Shown here: positions 1 through 10,310 of the stretch, piece by piece
How positions within the stretch are numbered: position 1 is the stretch's first letter
Layout of the letters: the number at the start of each line of letters is the position of its first letter
Assembly (NCBI GenBank): GCA_963819655.1
Contig: CAWFXA010000002.1
Span: 192,001 to 256,000, forward strand
Reading direction: 5' to 3'
Source: an uncultured Chloroflexia bacterium
GTDB taxonomy: Bacteria > Chloroflexota > Limnocylindria > Limnocylindrales > CSP1-4
Length of the DNA: 64,000 nucleotides
The notes under the pieces: generated by a model
Seen by the model: the letters and a program-made list of their open reading frames with translations, nothing else
Database searches by the model: none
Told to the model about the DNA's origin: nothing
Made by a program: the position numbers and the translations under genes

Positions 1-43
1 GGCCCGCGACGCCACGACCGGCACGCCGCGCCGACTGGCCGCC

Positions 44-1300
44 CTAACCCCGGAAGACGCGCTCGACCTCGCGCAGGCCGGTCGCCAGCCGGTCGATGTC
101 GTCGGTCGTCGTGTAGACGCTGAAGCTGGCGCGTGCCGTGGCCGCGAGGTCCAGCCGCTCGTGCAAAGGCATCGTGCAGTGGTGGCCTGCTCGGACGGCG
201 ATCCCGTAACGGTCCAGCACCTGGGCGACGTCATGCGGATGGATGCCGGGCAGGTTGAACGGGATCACGCCGCCTCGCCTTTCGGGGTCCATCGGCCCGT
301 ACAGCTCGATCGATGGGACCTCGCGCGGCAGTATCTCGAGCGCGTACGAGACGAGCGATCGCTCGTGGGACCGCACGGCATCCATGCCGATGTCCATCAG
401 GTAGTCCGCCGCGACGCCCAGTCCGATCGCGTCGCCGACCGCCGGCGTGCCCGCCTCGAACTTCCACGGGATGTCGTTGAACTCACTCCGCCGCAGATGG
501 ACCTCGCGGATCATCTCGCCACCGGCGAGGAACGGCGGCATCGCCTCCAGCAGCTCGCGCCGCGCCCACAGTGCGCCGGAGCCCATCGGCGCCAGCATCT
601 TGTGACCGCTGAACGCGTAGAAGTCGCAGCCGAGCGCCTGCACGTCGACCGGGACGTGGGGCACAGCCTGGGCCCCGTCGACCAGCACGAGTGCGCCCGC
701 CGCATGGGCAAGATCGACCATCTCGCGGACCGGATTGATCGTGCCCAGCGTGTTCGAGACATGGGTGAACGCGACGAGCTTCGGCTTCAGCCGCAGCAGC
801 ACCTCGAACACGTCGAGCCGGAGCTCGCCGTCATCGGTGATCGGGATGAACTCGAGGTCGCCGTCCTGCTCCTGGACGAGGATCTGCCACGGGACGAGGT
901 TGGCGTGGTGCTCCATCTCGGTCAGCACGATCGCGTCGCCGCGCGCGATGTTGCGCCGGCCCCACGAGTACGCGACGAGATTGATCGCCTCGGTCGCGTT
1001 CCGCGTGAACACGATCTCGTGGCTGTCGGGCGCGTTGATGAACTGCGCGACGGTGGCACGCGCTCGCTCGTACGCCGCGGTCGCCTTCTCGCCGATCGTG
1101 TAGATCCCGCGGTGGACGTTGGCGTTGTACTCGCGGTAGTAGTCGGCCACGGCGTCGATGACGACCCGCGGCTTCTGGCTGGTCGACGCCGAGTCGAGAT
1201 ACGTCAGCGGGTGGCCGTTGATCAGCTGGTCGAGGATCGGAAAGTCGCGCCGCAGCGCGCCGGGGTCGAGGGCGGGTCGGTCGGACGCCTCGATGGCCAA
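44..1300 (-). CDS. sufS: Cysteine desulfurase SufS
   Basis: YLDSASTSQKP, NANVHRG, FSGHKM (PLP lysine), RAGHHC catalytic Cys. Confidence 0.95.
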   Translation of the reverse strand: MAIEASDRPALDPGALRRDFPILDQLINGHPLTYLDSASTSQKPRVVIDAVADYYREYNANVHRGIYTIGEKATAAYERARATVAQFINAPDSHEIVFTRNATEAINLVAYSWGRRNIARGDAIVLTEMEHHANLVPWQILVQEQDGDLEFIPITDDGELRLDVFEVLLRLKPKLVAFTHVSNTLGTINPVREMVDLAHAAGALVLVDGAQAVPHVPVDVQALGCDFYAFSGHKMLAPMGSGALWARRELLEAMPPFLAGGEMIREVHLRRSEFNDIPWKFEAGTPAVGDAIGLGVAADYLMDIGMDAVRSHERSLVSYALEILPREVPSIELYGPMDPERRGGVIPFNLPGIHPHDVAQVLDRYGIAVRAGHHCTMPLHERLDLAATARASFSVYTTTDDIDRLATGLREVERVFRG

Positions 1301-1315
1301 CGGCGTGCGCCCGCC

Positions 1316-2233
1316 CTAGCGGGCAGCCTCCACGGGCTCACGGTCGAGGTCGTGGTCGAGCTCGGGGCCTTTCGGCACCTTGAGCGCCTCGTCCGGGGCT
1401 GTGACCTCGAGCCCTGCCGCGCGCAGGATCGGACCGTAGCCCTCGTCCTCGAGCTGGAGTGCCAGCTCCCGGCCGCCGCTCTTGACGATACGGCCCTGGG
1501 CGAGGACGTGGACGAAGTCCGGCTTGATGTGGTTCAGCAGCCGCTGGTAGTGCGTGATGAGCAACACGCCGAGGTTCGGGTTGAGCATCGCGTTGACGCC
1601 CTCGGCGACGATCCGCAGCGCATCGATGTCGAGACCGGAGTCGGTCTCGTCGAGGATCGCCATCTCGGGCTCGATGACCGCCATCTGGAGCATCTCGAGC
1701 CGCTTCTTCTCGCCACCGGAGAAACCTTCGTTCACGTAGCGTGACGCGAAGCTCTCGTCCATGCGGAGGAGCGCCATCTTCTCGCGCATCTTGGTGCGGA
1801 AGTCGCGCATCGAGATGCCGCCCTTGACCGGGTCCGTCGGGTCGATGTCGGCGTCCTTGTCGAGACCCTGCAGCTTGGCGTTGAGCGCGCTGCGGATGAA
1901 CGATGCGACCGACAGTCCCGGGACGGCGGTCGGGTACTGGAAGGCCAGGAACATGCCGAGCCGGGCCCGCTTGTCGGGCGACAGCTTCAGGATATTCCGG
2001 CCCTTCCAGAGGACCTCGCCACCCGTCACGACGTAGGCGGGGTGACCCATGAGCGCGTACGCCAGCGTGGTCTTGCCCGAGCCATTCGGCCCCATGATCG
2101 CGTGGACCTCGCCCTTGCCGACGGTCAGGTCGATCCCTTGCAGGATCTCCTGGTCGAGTTTGCCGAGGGGGGCGACGCGCAGGCCGCGGATGACGAGGTG
2201 CTGGTCGGTGGTGGCGGTCGACTGGTCGGTCAC
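1316..2233 (-). CDS. sufC: Fe-S assembly ATPase SufC
   Basis: GPNGSGKTT Walker A, FLAFQYP, VNEGFSGGEKKR, LDETDSGLDIDAL, ITHYQRLL; GTG start overlaps the rrf2 stop (GTGA). Confidence 0.93.
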   Translation of the reverse strand: MTDQSTATTDQHLVIRGLRVAPLGKLDQEILQGIDLTVGKGEVHAIMGPNGSGKTTLAYALMGHPAYVVTGGEVLWKGRNILKLSPDKRARLGMFLAFQYPTAVPGLSVASFIRSALNAKLQGLDKDADIDPTDPVKGGISMRDFRTKMREKMALLRMDESFASRYVNEGFSGGEKKRLEMLQMAVIEPEMAILDETDSGLDIDALRIVAEGVNAMLNPNLGVLLITHYQRLLNHIKPDFVHVLAQGRIVKSGGRELALQLEDEGYGPILRAAGLEVTAPDEALKVPKGPELDHDLDREPVEAAR

Positions 2234-2766
2234 GTGGTGATCAGGGCTCCTTCCGGATCGTCGATAGCGACGACGCGCGGTGGCGCGAGGTCGGCGAGAG
2301 TCATCGAATCGAGGGTCGACGTGATCGCATCGCGAACGCGGACCCACAGGATGTTGACGGTGCAGCGCGACGAGCGATCGCAGGTCGTGGCGTGCTCCGG
2401 GTCGTCGGTCGCGCAGAACATCGGGGCGATCGGTCCTTCGAGGGCGCGCAGCACCTCGCCCATCGGGATCGCCGCCGGCGGCCGCGTCAGCTCGTAGCCG
2501 CCATGCGCGCCGCGCGTGCTCACGACGAGACCGGCCTCCCGCAGGTTGACGACGAGCTGCTCGAGATATGCCCGCGGGAGATCCTCTTCCGCGGCGATGC
2601 CCGCGAGGCTGGCGGGGCCGGTGCCGTAGTGGCGCGCCAGCTGGACCATCAGGCGCACGCCGTACTCACCCTTCGTCGAGAACGAGACGGCCCCTGAGCC
2701 GTGATAGGCGGGGCGTTGGACCGGGATCGGCGCGGGCGTGGTCGTGCTGTTAGTGGAGGTGGTCAG
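2230..2766 (-). CDS. Rrf2-family (IscR-like) regulator with three C-terminal Cys; probable CTG start
   Basis: SFSTKGEYG upstream of the ORF-track GTG, YLEQL, STRGAHGGYEL, C-x10-C-x5-C; start position uncertain. Confidence 0.88.
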   Translation of the reverse strand: MTTSTNSTTTPAPIPVQRPAYHGSGAVSFSTKGEYGVRLMVQLARHYGTGPASLAGIAAEEDLPRAYLEQLVVNLREAGLVVSTRGAHGGYELTRPPAAIPMGEVLRALEGPIAPMFCATDDPEHATTCDRSSRCTVNILWVRVRDAITSTLDSMTLADLAPPRVVAIDDPEGALITT

Positions 2767-2775
2767 GATGTGGCC

Positions 2776-2808
2776 CTCGATATCCGAGTGATTTCGTCGG
2801 ATATCGAG
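2776..2808. promoter_or_regulatory. Rrf2/IscR-type operator palindrome
   Basis: Perfect 12-bp inverted repeat CTCGATATCCGA-N9-TCGGATATCGAG just downstream of the -10 box. Confidence 0.75.
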
Positions 2809-2836
2809 TCTAAGGGTCGGCGCGTCGGGTCGTCAA
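2807..2836 (-). promoter_or_regulatory. Sigma70 promoter of the rrf2-suf operon
   Basis: TTGACG-N18-TAGACT on the minus strand. Confidence 0.65.
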
Positions 2837-2865
2837 CGAAGGCGCCCGGGACGCCTCGACGAGGG

Positions 2866-4767
2866 CTACCGAGCCGGCACGGCGCGCAGGCGCCGGACCA
2901 GCTCAGCCGCCTGCTCGTAGCGACCGAACGACGGCATGATGTACGTCCCGGCTACCCGCTCGCCGACGGCCGCCAGCAGCTCCTCGGTGATCCGCAGCCC
3001 CACCTCGGCGCCGCGCTCGCCGGCCTCGTGCAACGCGGCGCGCGTCGCGTCCGGGATCGTGATGCCGGGCACCTCGTGATGGAGGAACTCGGCGTGGCGC
3101 GCCGACTGGAGTGGCAGGACCCCGAGCAGGACCGGCAGCGGGAAGCCGCCCGGTCCGAAACGCCGGCACGCCTCAGTGAACATCGCCTCGACCTGCGCGA
3201 TCGAATAGAGCGGCTGGGTCATGACGAGGTGCGCCCCGGCGGCGATCTTGCGTTCCAGTCGATCCCATTCCGTCGCGGCGTCCGCGGCGGTCGGGTCGAG
3301 GGCGCAGGCGATCGTGAACGAGGCCGGTTGCCCGATCGGAGAGCCGGCCGCGTCCTCGCCGCGATTCAGCCGAGCCAGGATCTCGACGAGCCCGATCGAG
3401 TCCACGTCCCAGACGCCGGTCGCCCCGGGCAGATCGCCGATCCGCGGCGGGTCGCCTGTCAAGGCGATGATGTTGCGGACGCCAAGTGCGTGTGCGCCGA
3501 GCAGCTCCGACTCGAGCGCCATGAGATTCCGATCGCGCGTCGTGCAATGGACGATGCATTCGAGATCGAGATCGTGCTGGATGCCGAACGCGACCGCGAG
3601 GGCTCCCATCCGGACCCGTGCCATCGCCGAGTCGCTGACGTTGACGACGTCGACGCCGGCGTCCTGGAGCGATCGCGCCGCCTCGATCGTGCGCTCGATG
3701 CGGACCGAGCGGGGCGGGTCGATCTCGACGGAGATGACGTACCGGCGCTCGGCCAGGGCGCGTGCGAGCCGCGATGGCGGCGGGGGCGCGTCCGTCGAGG
3801 CCGTCGCCGAGACCTCGGCGCGGATCGTGGTGGTCGTCGGCGGTTCGGCGGCGCCGACCGACGGCGATTGACCGACGCGTGCATCGATCGCGACGCGCAT
3901 CGCGGCGATGTGCTCGGGCGTCGTGCCGCAGCAGCCGCCGACGATGGCCGCGCCGGCATCGAGCATGTCCCCGACCATGCGCCCGAGGTAGTCGGGCCCT
4001 GCCGCGTAGACGAACTGCCCTTCGATCCGCTGCGACAGCCCGGCATTCGGGAGGATCGCCCGTCCCGTCGGACCCATCGCGATGAGGGCGTCGAGACAGC
4101 CGGCGGGTCCGGCCCCGCAGTTCACGCCGAGGACGTCGACATCGACCCGACCGGCGAGGGCGTGAGCCGCCGGCCCCGGACCGCTCCCGTCCGCAAGCGC
4201 GAGCGCCTCCCCAAACGTCAGAAGCGCGACGATCGGCAGGTCGGCCGCGATGGAGCGTGCCTCGTCGACCGCTATCGCGAGGTGGTCCGCGAGCGCGAAC
4301 GTCTCGAACCAGAAGACGTCGACACCACCCTCGAGCAGCCCTTCGATGGTCTCGCGGAAGGCGCCGCGGACGGCAGCATCGGACAGGTGGAGGATCTCGG
4401 GAGTCGGGGCTCCGAGCGGTCCGACCGACCCCGCCACCAGCACGTCGCGACCGGCCACGTCGCGCGCCTCTCGGGCGAGTTGCGCGCCCCGCCGGGCCAG
4501 CCGCCCGGCCCGGTCGGCCAAACCGTAGGGCGCCAGCCGGACGCGATTCGCGCCGAATGTCGCGGTCTCGATGATGTCCGCACCGACCGCCAGGTACTCG
4601 CGGTGGATGGCGCCGATCAGGTCCGGCCGCGTCGCCACCAGGTCGTCGAGCACCGCGCGCTGCGGGATGCCGCGGCTGAACAGGAGGGTGCCCATCGCGC
4701 CGTCCGCGAGCAGCGGACCTGCGGCCAGTCGATCGCGGAATCGCACGCGGGCGTCGCCGGCTGTCAT
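2866..4767 (-). CDS. yitJ: Bifunctional homocysteine S-methyltransferase / methylenetetrahydrofolate reductase (YitJ-like)
   Basis: DGAMGT, GVNC and [11 protein letters not shown] in the N-domain; VEIDPP, CTTRDRN, ALTGDPP, MTQP MTHFR motifs in the C-domain. Confidence 0.9.
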   Translation of the reverse strand: MTAGDARVRFRDRLAAGPLLADGAMGTLLFSRGIPQRAVLDDLVATRPDLIGAIHREYLAVGADIIETATFGANRVRLAPYGLADRAGRLARRGAQLAREARDVAGRDVLVAGSVGPLGAPTPEILHLSDAAVRGAFRETIEGLLEGGVDVFWFETFALADHLAIAVDEARSIAADLPIVALLTFGEALALADGSGPGPAAHALAGRVDVDVLGVNCGAGPAGCLDALIAMGPTGRAILPNAGLSQRIEGQFVYAAGPDYLGRMVGDMLDAGAAIVGGCCGTTPEHIAAMRVAIDARVGQSPSVGAAEPPTTTTIRAEVSATASTDAPPPPSRLARALAERRYVISVEIDPPRSVRIERTIEAARSLQDAGVDVVNVSDSAMARVRMGALAVAFGIQHDLDLECIVHCTTRDRNLMALESELLGAHALGVRNIIALTGDPPRIGDLPGATGVWDVDSIGLVEILARLNRGEDAAGSPIGQPASFTIACALDPTAADAATEWDRLERKIAAGAHLVMTQPLYSIAQVEAMFTEACRRFGPGGFPLPVLLGVLPLQSARHAEFLHHEVPGITIPDATRAALHEAGERGAEVGLRITEELLAAVGERVAGTYIMPSFGRYEQAAELVRRLRAVPAR

Positions 4768-7700
4768 GTCGGCTCACGCAGGTTCGGTGCCAGCCACCGT
4801 TCCGCCTCGGCGATCGGGACGCCCTTGCGCGCCGCGTAGTCCTCGAGCTGGTCGCGATCGATGCGCCCGACGCCGAAGTAGTGGCTGGCCGGGTTCCACA
4901 GGTAGTACCCCGACACGGATGCGCCCGGCAGCATCGCGCACGATTCGGTGAGCTGGATCCCGGCCCGCCCTTCGGCCTCGAGGAGCTCGAACAGCGTCCT
5001 CTTCTCGGTGTGGTCCGGACAGGCCGGGTAGCCGGGGGCAGGCCGGATGCCCTGGTACCGCTCGGCGATCAGCTCGGTGTTGGTCAGGGTCTCGTCCGGG
5101 GCGTAGCCCCACAGCTCGCGCCGGACGCGCTCGTGCAGCCGCTCGGCGAATGCCTCGGCTAGGCGGTCGGCGAGGGCCTTGGCCAGGATCGCCGAGTAGT
5201 CGTCGTTGGCCGCGGCGAACTCGGCGACGATGCCATCCGGCCCGTCCAGGCCATGGCCGGCGGTGACCGCGAACGCCCCGATGTGGTCGGGCAGACCGCT
5301 CGAGACCGGTGCCACGAAGTCGGCTAACGCGACGTTCGACCGACCGTCTGTCTTGGCCATCTGCTGGCGGAGCGTGCGGAACATGGCCAGCGGATCGCGC
5401 CGGTCGTCGTCGCGCCACACGATGATGTCGTCCGTGTCCGCGTTCGCCGGCCAGAAGCCGACCACGCCGGTAGCCCGCAGCCGTCCATCGACGACGAGCT
5501 GGTCGAGCAGTCGGCGGGCGTCGTCGAACAGGTCGCGCGCTGCCGCGCCGACCGTCGGGTCGTCGAGGATGGCCGGGTACGCCCCCTTGAGCTCCCACGT
5601 GGTAAAGAACGGCGTCCAGTCGATGCGTTCGACCAATTCGGAGAGCGGATACGCGTCGAACGTCCGGACACCCGAGAACGACGGATGCGGCGGCGTGATA
5701 GTCGCCCAATCGATCGCGACGTGGTTGGCGCGCGCCTCGGCGATCGTGAGGTAGCGCTCCTTCGCGTGGCGGCCGGCCCGGTCGCGGCGCACGGCGTCGT
5801 ACTGCTCCCGCACCTCGCCGGCATATGCCTCGCGGCGATCGATGTCGATCAGCGCTCCCGCGACGCCGACCGCTCGCGACGCGTCGAGGACGTGGACGAC
5901 CGGCCCCGAATAGGCCGGCGCGATCTTCACCGCGGTGTGCGTGCGCGATGTCGTCGCCCCGCCGATGAGCAACGGCGTCGTCATCCCGAGCCGCTCCATC
6001 TCGGATGCGACATGGACCATCTCGTCGAGGGACGGGGTAATGAGCCCCGACAGGCCGATCAGGTCCGCGCCGTGTTCGGCGGCCGTCTCGAGGATCCGGG
6101 CGGCAGGCACCATGACGCCGAGATCGATCACCTCGTAGTCGTTGCAGCCGAGGACGACCCCCACGATGTTCTTGCCGATGTCGTGGACATCGCCCTTGAC
6201 TGTCGCCGTGACGATCGTGCCGGCTCGGCGGCGCGTGCCCTCGCGCTCCGCCTCGAGGTACGGCACGAGGTGCGCCACCGCCTTCTTCATCACACGTGCG
6301 CTCTTGACGACCTGTGGGAGGAACATGCGACCGGACCCGAACAGGTCGCCGACGACGTTCATCCCGTCCATCAGCGGACCCTCGATGACGTCCAGCGGTC
6401 GGGTCGCGGCCTGGCGCGCTTCCTCGGTGTCCTCGACGATCCAGGCGTCGATGCCCTCGACGAGCGCATGGGTCAGCCGCTCGCCGACGGGGCGCTCGCG
6501 CCATGCCAGGTCCTCCGCCGGACGGTCCATCCCGGCAGCGCCCGCAAAGCGTGTGGCGATCTCGAGGAGGCGCTCGGTCGCGTCCGAGCGCCGGTTCAGC
6601 ACGACGTCCTCGACCCGCTCCTTGAGCTCGGGCTCGATGTCGTCATAGACCGGCAGGACCCCGGCGTTGACGATCGCCATGTCCAGGCCCGCGGCCTTCG
6701 CGTGGTACAGGAAGACCGAGTGGATGGCCTCGCGGACGAGGTCGTTGCCGCGGAACGCGAACGACACATTCGACACGCCGCCGGACGTGCGCGTGCCGGG
6801 CAGCTCGGCCTTGAGGCGCCGGACGGCCTCGATGAATGAGACCGCGTACGCGTTGTGCTCCTCGATGCCGGTCGCGATGGCGAAGATGTTGGCATCCAGG
6901 ATGATGTCCTCGGGCGCGAACCCGACGACCTTCGTCAGCAGGTCGTAGGCGCGGCGGAGGATGGCGAGCCGCCGATCGACGCTGTCACCCTGGCCTTGTT
7001 CGTCGAACGCCATGACGACGACCGCCGCGCCGTAGCGCTTGCACAGCCGAGCCTGCCTCAGGAACTCCGCTTCGCCCTCCTTGAGCGAGATCGAGTTGAC
7101 GACGCCCTTGCCCTGGAGCTGCTGCAGGCCGGCCTCGAGCACCGACCATTTCGAGCTGTCGACCATGACCGGGACCGTCGCGATGTCGGGCTCGGCGGCG
7201 ATGCGGCGCAGGAAACGAGTCATCGCCGCGACCCCGTCGAGCATCGCCTCATCCATGTTCACGTCGATCAGCTGGGCGCCGTTGGCGACCTGCTCGCGCG
7301 CGATGTCGACTGCCTCGTCCTCGCGACCCTCGGCCACGAGCCTGGCGAACTTGCGGGAGCCGGTGACGTTGGTCCGCTCGCCGATGTTGACGAACGTGTT
7401 GCCAGGAGGCGGGATGACGACCGGCTCGAGCCCCGCCAGGCGGGTCACGGCCGGCGGCCTGACGAGCGGCCGCGGCGGCAGGCCGGCGACAGCCGCGGCG
7501 ATCGCAGCTATGTGCTCGGGCGTCGTCCCGCAGCAGCCTCCGGCGATGTTGAGGAGACCGTGTCGGCCCCATTCGCCGAGCGCCTCGGCCATCGCTTCGG
7601 GCGTTTCGTCGTAGCCACCCAGCTCATTCGGGAGGCCGGCATTGGGGTAGGCCGAGACGGGCCGATCGGCGATCCTCGACAGGACGTCGAGGTGCTCGCG

Positions 7701-8540
7701 GAGCTGCTTCGGCCCGAGCGCGCAGTTGAGCCCGACCACGAGCGGGTCGGCGTGACGGACGCTGTGCCAGAACGCCTCGACCGTCTGCCCCGACAACGTC
7801 CGGCCCGAGGCGTCGACGATCGTGCCCGAGATGATCACCGGCAGCCGGTCGCCGAGCTCGTCGAACAGCGACTCGACGGCGAAGATCGCGGCCTTGGCGT
7901 TCAGCGTGTCGAAGATCGTCTCGATGAGCAGGATGTCGGCGCCGCCTTCGACCAGGCCGGCCGCGGCGTCGTGATAGGCCTCCTCGAGCTCCGGCCACGT
8001 GACGCCCCTGGCGGCCGGGTCGCCGACGTCCGGGCTGATCGATGCGGTCCGGTTCGTCGGCCCGAGGGCGCCCGCCACGAAACGCGGGCGACCGGGCTCG
8101 GCGGCTTCGGCTGCGTCGGCAGCGGCACGAGCGAGTCTGGCGGCCGTGACGTTGAGCTCGCGGACGATCGTCGTGTCGAGGCCGTAGTCGGCCTGCGCGA
8201 TACGGGTCGAAGTAAAGGTGTTGGTCGAGACGATGTCGGCGCCCGCGTCGAGGTAGGCGGCGTGGATGGCCTGGACGGCCGCCGGTCGGGTCAGCGTCAG
8301 GAGGTCGTTGTCGCCGCGCAGGTCTTTGGGATGATCGCGGAATCGGTCGCCGCGGAACGCCGCCTCGTCGAACTCGTGCGCCTGGAGCATCGTGCCCATC
8401 GCCCCGTCGAGGACCAGGATGCGCTCCGCCAGGAGCCCGGACAGCCGTGCACGCCTCGTCGAGCGCGTGAACGGCGCATCTGCGCTCGGATCAGCGGTCG
8501 AGGCCGGACTATCAGGCGGCGACAGGGTTCGGTTCGGCAC
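4764..8540 (-). CDS. metH: Cobalamin-dependent methionine synthase
   Basis: Full four-module MetH: [42 protein letters not shown]. Confidence 0.97.
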   Translation of the reverse strand: MPNRTLSPPDSPASTADPSADAPFTRSTRRARLSGLLAERILVLDGAMGTMLQAHEFDEAAFRGDRFRDHPKDLRGDNDLLTLTRPAAVQAIHAAYLDAGADIVSTNTFTSTRIAQADYGLDTTIVRELNVTAARLARAAADAAEAAEPGRPRFVAGALGPTNRTASISPDVGDPAARGVTWPELEEAYHDAAAGLVEGGADILLIETIFDTLNAKAAIFAVESLFDELGDRLPVIISGTIVDASGRTLSGQTVEAFWHSVRHADPLVVGLNCALGPKQLREHLDVLSRIADRPVSAYPNAGLPNELGGYDETPEAMAEALGEWGRHGLLNIAGGCCGTTPEHIAAIAAAVAGLPPRPLVRPPAVTRLAGLEPVVIPPPGNTFVNIGERTNVTGSRKFARLVAEGREDEAVDIAREQVANGAQLIDVNMDEAMLDGVAAMTRFLRRIAAEPDIATVPVMVDSSKWSVLEAGLQQLQGKGVVNSISLKEGEAEFLRQARLCKRYGAAVVVMAFDEQGQGDSVDRRLAILRRAYDLLTKVVGFAPEDIILDANIFAIATGIEEHNAYAVSFIEAVRRLKAELPGTRTSGGVSNVSFAFRGNDLVREAIHSVFLYHAKAAGLDMAIVNAGVLPVYDDIEPELKERVEDVVLNRRSDATERLLEIATRFAGAAGMDRPAEDLAWRERPVGERLTHALVEGIDAWIVEDTEEARQAATRPLDVIEGPLMDGMNVVGDLFGSGRMFLPQVVKSARVMKKAVAHLVPYLEAEREGTRRRAGTIVTATVKGDVHDIGKNIVGVVLGCNDYEVIDLGVMVPAARILETAAEHGADLIGLSGLITPSLDEMVHVASEMERLGMTTPLLIGGATTSRTHTAVKIAPAYSGPVVHVLDASRAVGVAGALIDIDRREAYAGEVREQYDAVRRDRAGRHAKERYLTIAEARANHVAIDWATITPPHPSFSGVRTFDAYPLSELVERIDWTPFFTTWELKGAYPAILDDPTVGAAARDLFDDARRLLDQLVVDGRLRATGVVGFWPANADTDDIIVWRDDDRRDPLAMFRTLRQQMAKTDGRSNVALADFVAPVSSGLPDHIGAFAVTAGHGLDGPDGIVAEFAAANDDYSAILAKALADRLAEAFAERLHERVRRELWGYAPDETLTNTELIAERYQGIRPAPGYPACPDHTEKRTLFELLEAEGRAGIQLTESCAMLPGASVSGYYLWNPASHYFGVGRIDRDQLEDYAARKGVPIAEAERWLAPNLREPT

Positions 8541-8629
8541 AGGCAGCTCCGGATCGTCGAGAGGCGGCTGGACGCGGCCTATGGACCGGACGACCTGGTC
8601 GCTTCGAGGGAGCTCCGAACGGAGTGTCC

Positions 8630-8732
8630 CTTATCTCGCAGGAAGACCTGCCCGGACTTGGCACCTTGCCGACATCGCGTCGGTAGGTTGTCGTGGCATC
8701 GACGGGCCGGTCCCTCCGCCACTCTGGATAAG
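8630..8732 (-). ncRNA. SAM-I (S-box) riboswitch aptamer
   Basis: Minus strand CTTATCcAGAGtGGcGGAGGGACcGGCCC..GATGCC..CAACC..AAGGTGCCAAGTCC..GCAG..CTGcgAGATAAG, directly upstream of metH. Confidence 0.93.
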
Positions 8733-9023
8733 CACTCTTCGGTTGTCGGGAGATGATGCCCGTCCCCCTAGCGCTCCGCAAGGGGGACGGGATCAGCTGG
8801 GACTCGTCGGTCGGCTCAGCGCGACTTGTCCGATCGCTTCGGCTTGGGCACTGATGAACCCGACTTCGGATCGAGAGCCGACAGAGCATTGCTCGGCTGG
8901 CTGGCGGACGCTGCGCCGCGTCGGCGATCTGCCCCTAGCCAGTCGACGGTGGTCTGGACCGCAGTGGATGAATGGCCCGCAGCGGGCCGGCGCGTGACGC
9001 GCGCCCAACGCATGTCGGCCATC

Positions 9024-9770
9024 TCAGTTCAGCACGAACCAGGCGACGTACGTAGCCGACGTCACCGTGGTGTTGAGGTAGATGGTGAACGAACCCGTTG
9101 TCGGAACCACCGCCCGGACGTAGCGGCCGGAGCGGTTCGAGTGGAGGACAGCGAACACGCGGCTGTTCCCCGAAACACCCGCGAGGTTGATCTTGAGGCT
9201 CGACCTGCCGGACCCGATTGTCGATTTCCCGGACCGGCTGAACTGGACCTTGCCGGTCACCTGCAGGGCGACATCCGCCCCCGTGGCGGCGATCGCCTGG
9301 ACTGCGATCCCACCGCTGCCGCCGGTGCCCCGGACGCCGATGAATCCGTCGCCCCAACTACCGATGACCCCAGACCCGTACACGCCGACGTCTTCGCTGT
9401 CCCCCCAGACGCCGGTGCCGAACGCCTCGTCTGATCCCGCGGTCGGGGACCACCCGTAGACCCCGGTGAAGGCCGTGAACTCCGTTCCGATCGCCGCCTC
9501 GTCGCCGTTCGAGCCCAGCAGGCCGGCGGCGTCGGAATTGGCGCTGTACGCCTTGAACGACACTTGCGGGTCGTTGACCGGGTCGCCGGACGTCGTGCTG
9601 ATCGACGTCGTCGTGGTGCCAGTATGCGCAGCTCCAACCAGGACCGGATCGTCGTCGGCGGCGGCGGCGGCGAGGGGCATAGCAGCGGACGCCGCCATGG
9701 CTGCGGCGCCGCCCGCGGCGGCTGTCAGCAGTGCGCGGCGGGAGCGGGGCGCGTTGGGGTCGGACGCCAT
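9024..9770 (-). CDS. Tat-exported hypothetical protein with glycine-rich repeats
   Basis: SRRALL twin-arginine motif plus Ala-rich signal; GVYG/GVWG repeats; beta-rich C-terminus. Confidence 0.75.
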   Translation of the reverse strand: MASDPNAPRSRRALLTAAAGGAAAMAASAAMPLAAAAADDDPVLVGAAHTGTTTTSISTTSGDPVNDPQVSFKAYSANSDAAGLLGSNGDEAAIGTEFTAFTGVYGWSPTAGSDEAFGTGVWGDSEDVGVYGSGVIGSWGDGFIGVRGTGGSGGIAVQAIAATGADVALQVTGKVQFSRSGKSTIGSGRSSLKINLAGVSGNSRVFAVLHSNRSGRYVRAVVPTTGSFTIYLNTTVTSATYVAWFVLN

Positions 9771-9872
9771 TCAGGGTCCCTCCAGCTCGATGGCGAAGGT
9801 TTCCCCCCCGCCTGACGGCATAGTGCCACGCGCCCGATGCGACGGTCGAGTTAAAACTCGGAGGCGATGGTC

Positions 9873-10310
9873 CTAGCGCCGCAGGCCCCGAAGGTGCTCC
9901 TCGTCGTGGTCGACCGCGTTGCGGAGCAGGCCCGCGACGTCCAACGCACCGAACGTCGTGTGCTCCCCCGAGCGGGTCCAACCGACCTCGTCGAGTGCGT
10001 CGATCGTGGCGAGCGTCGCAGCCCGGTGCGCTGTGAATCGCGCGAGGACCCCGTCGAATCCCAGCTCCGGCTCCTCCGCCCAGGGACCGGGCTCGGCCCA
10101 GCCCCAGCGGGGTTCGGCGACCGTGGCGAGGTCCCGGAGCCGCGCCTGGTGCACGCCAATCTCCACGGCGATGAGGTGTCGGACCACCTGCTCCGGTGTC
10201 CATTCCCCGTCCGGGGTGGGTCGGTCGGCGACTGACCGCGCCGCGACGTCGAGGCGTTCCGGGAAGCCGGCGAGGGCGGCCATCAGGGCCCGAGTCGACG
10301 CCTCCGTCAT
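9873..10310 (-). CDS. DinB-family (DinB_2) protein
   Basis: GEWTPEQVVRHL and DHDEEHL motifs; ATGA overlap with the upstream gene. Confidence 0.8.
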   Translation of the reverse strand: MTEASTRALMAALAGFPERLDVAARSVADRPTPDGEWTPEQVVRHLIAVEIGVHQARLRDLATVAEPRWGWAEPGPWAEEPELGFDGVLARFTAHRAATLATIDALDEVGWTRSGEHTTFGALDVAGLLRNAVDHDEEHLRGLRR

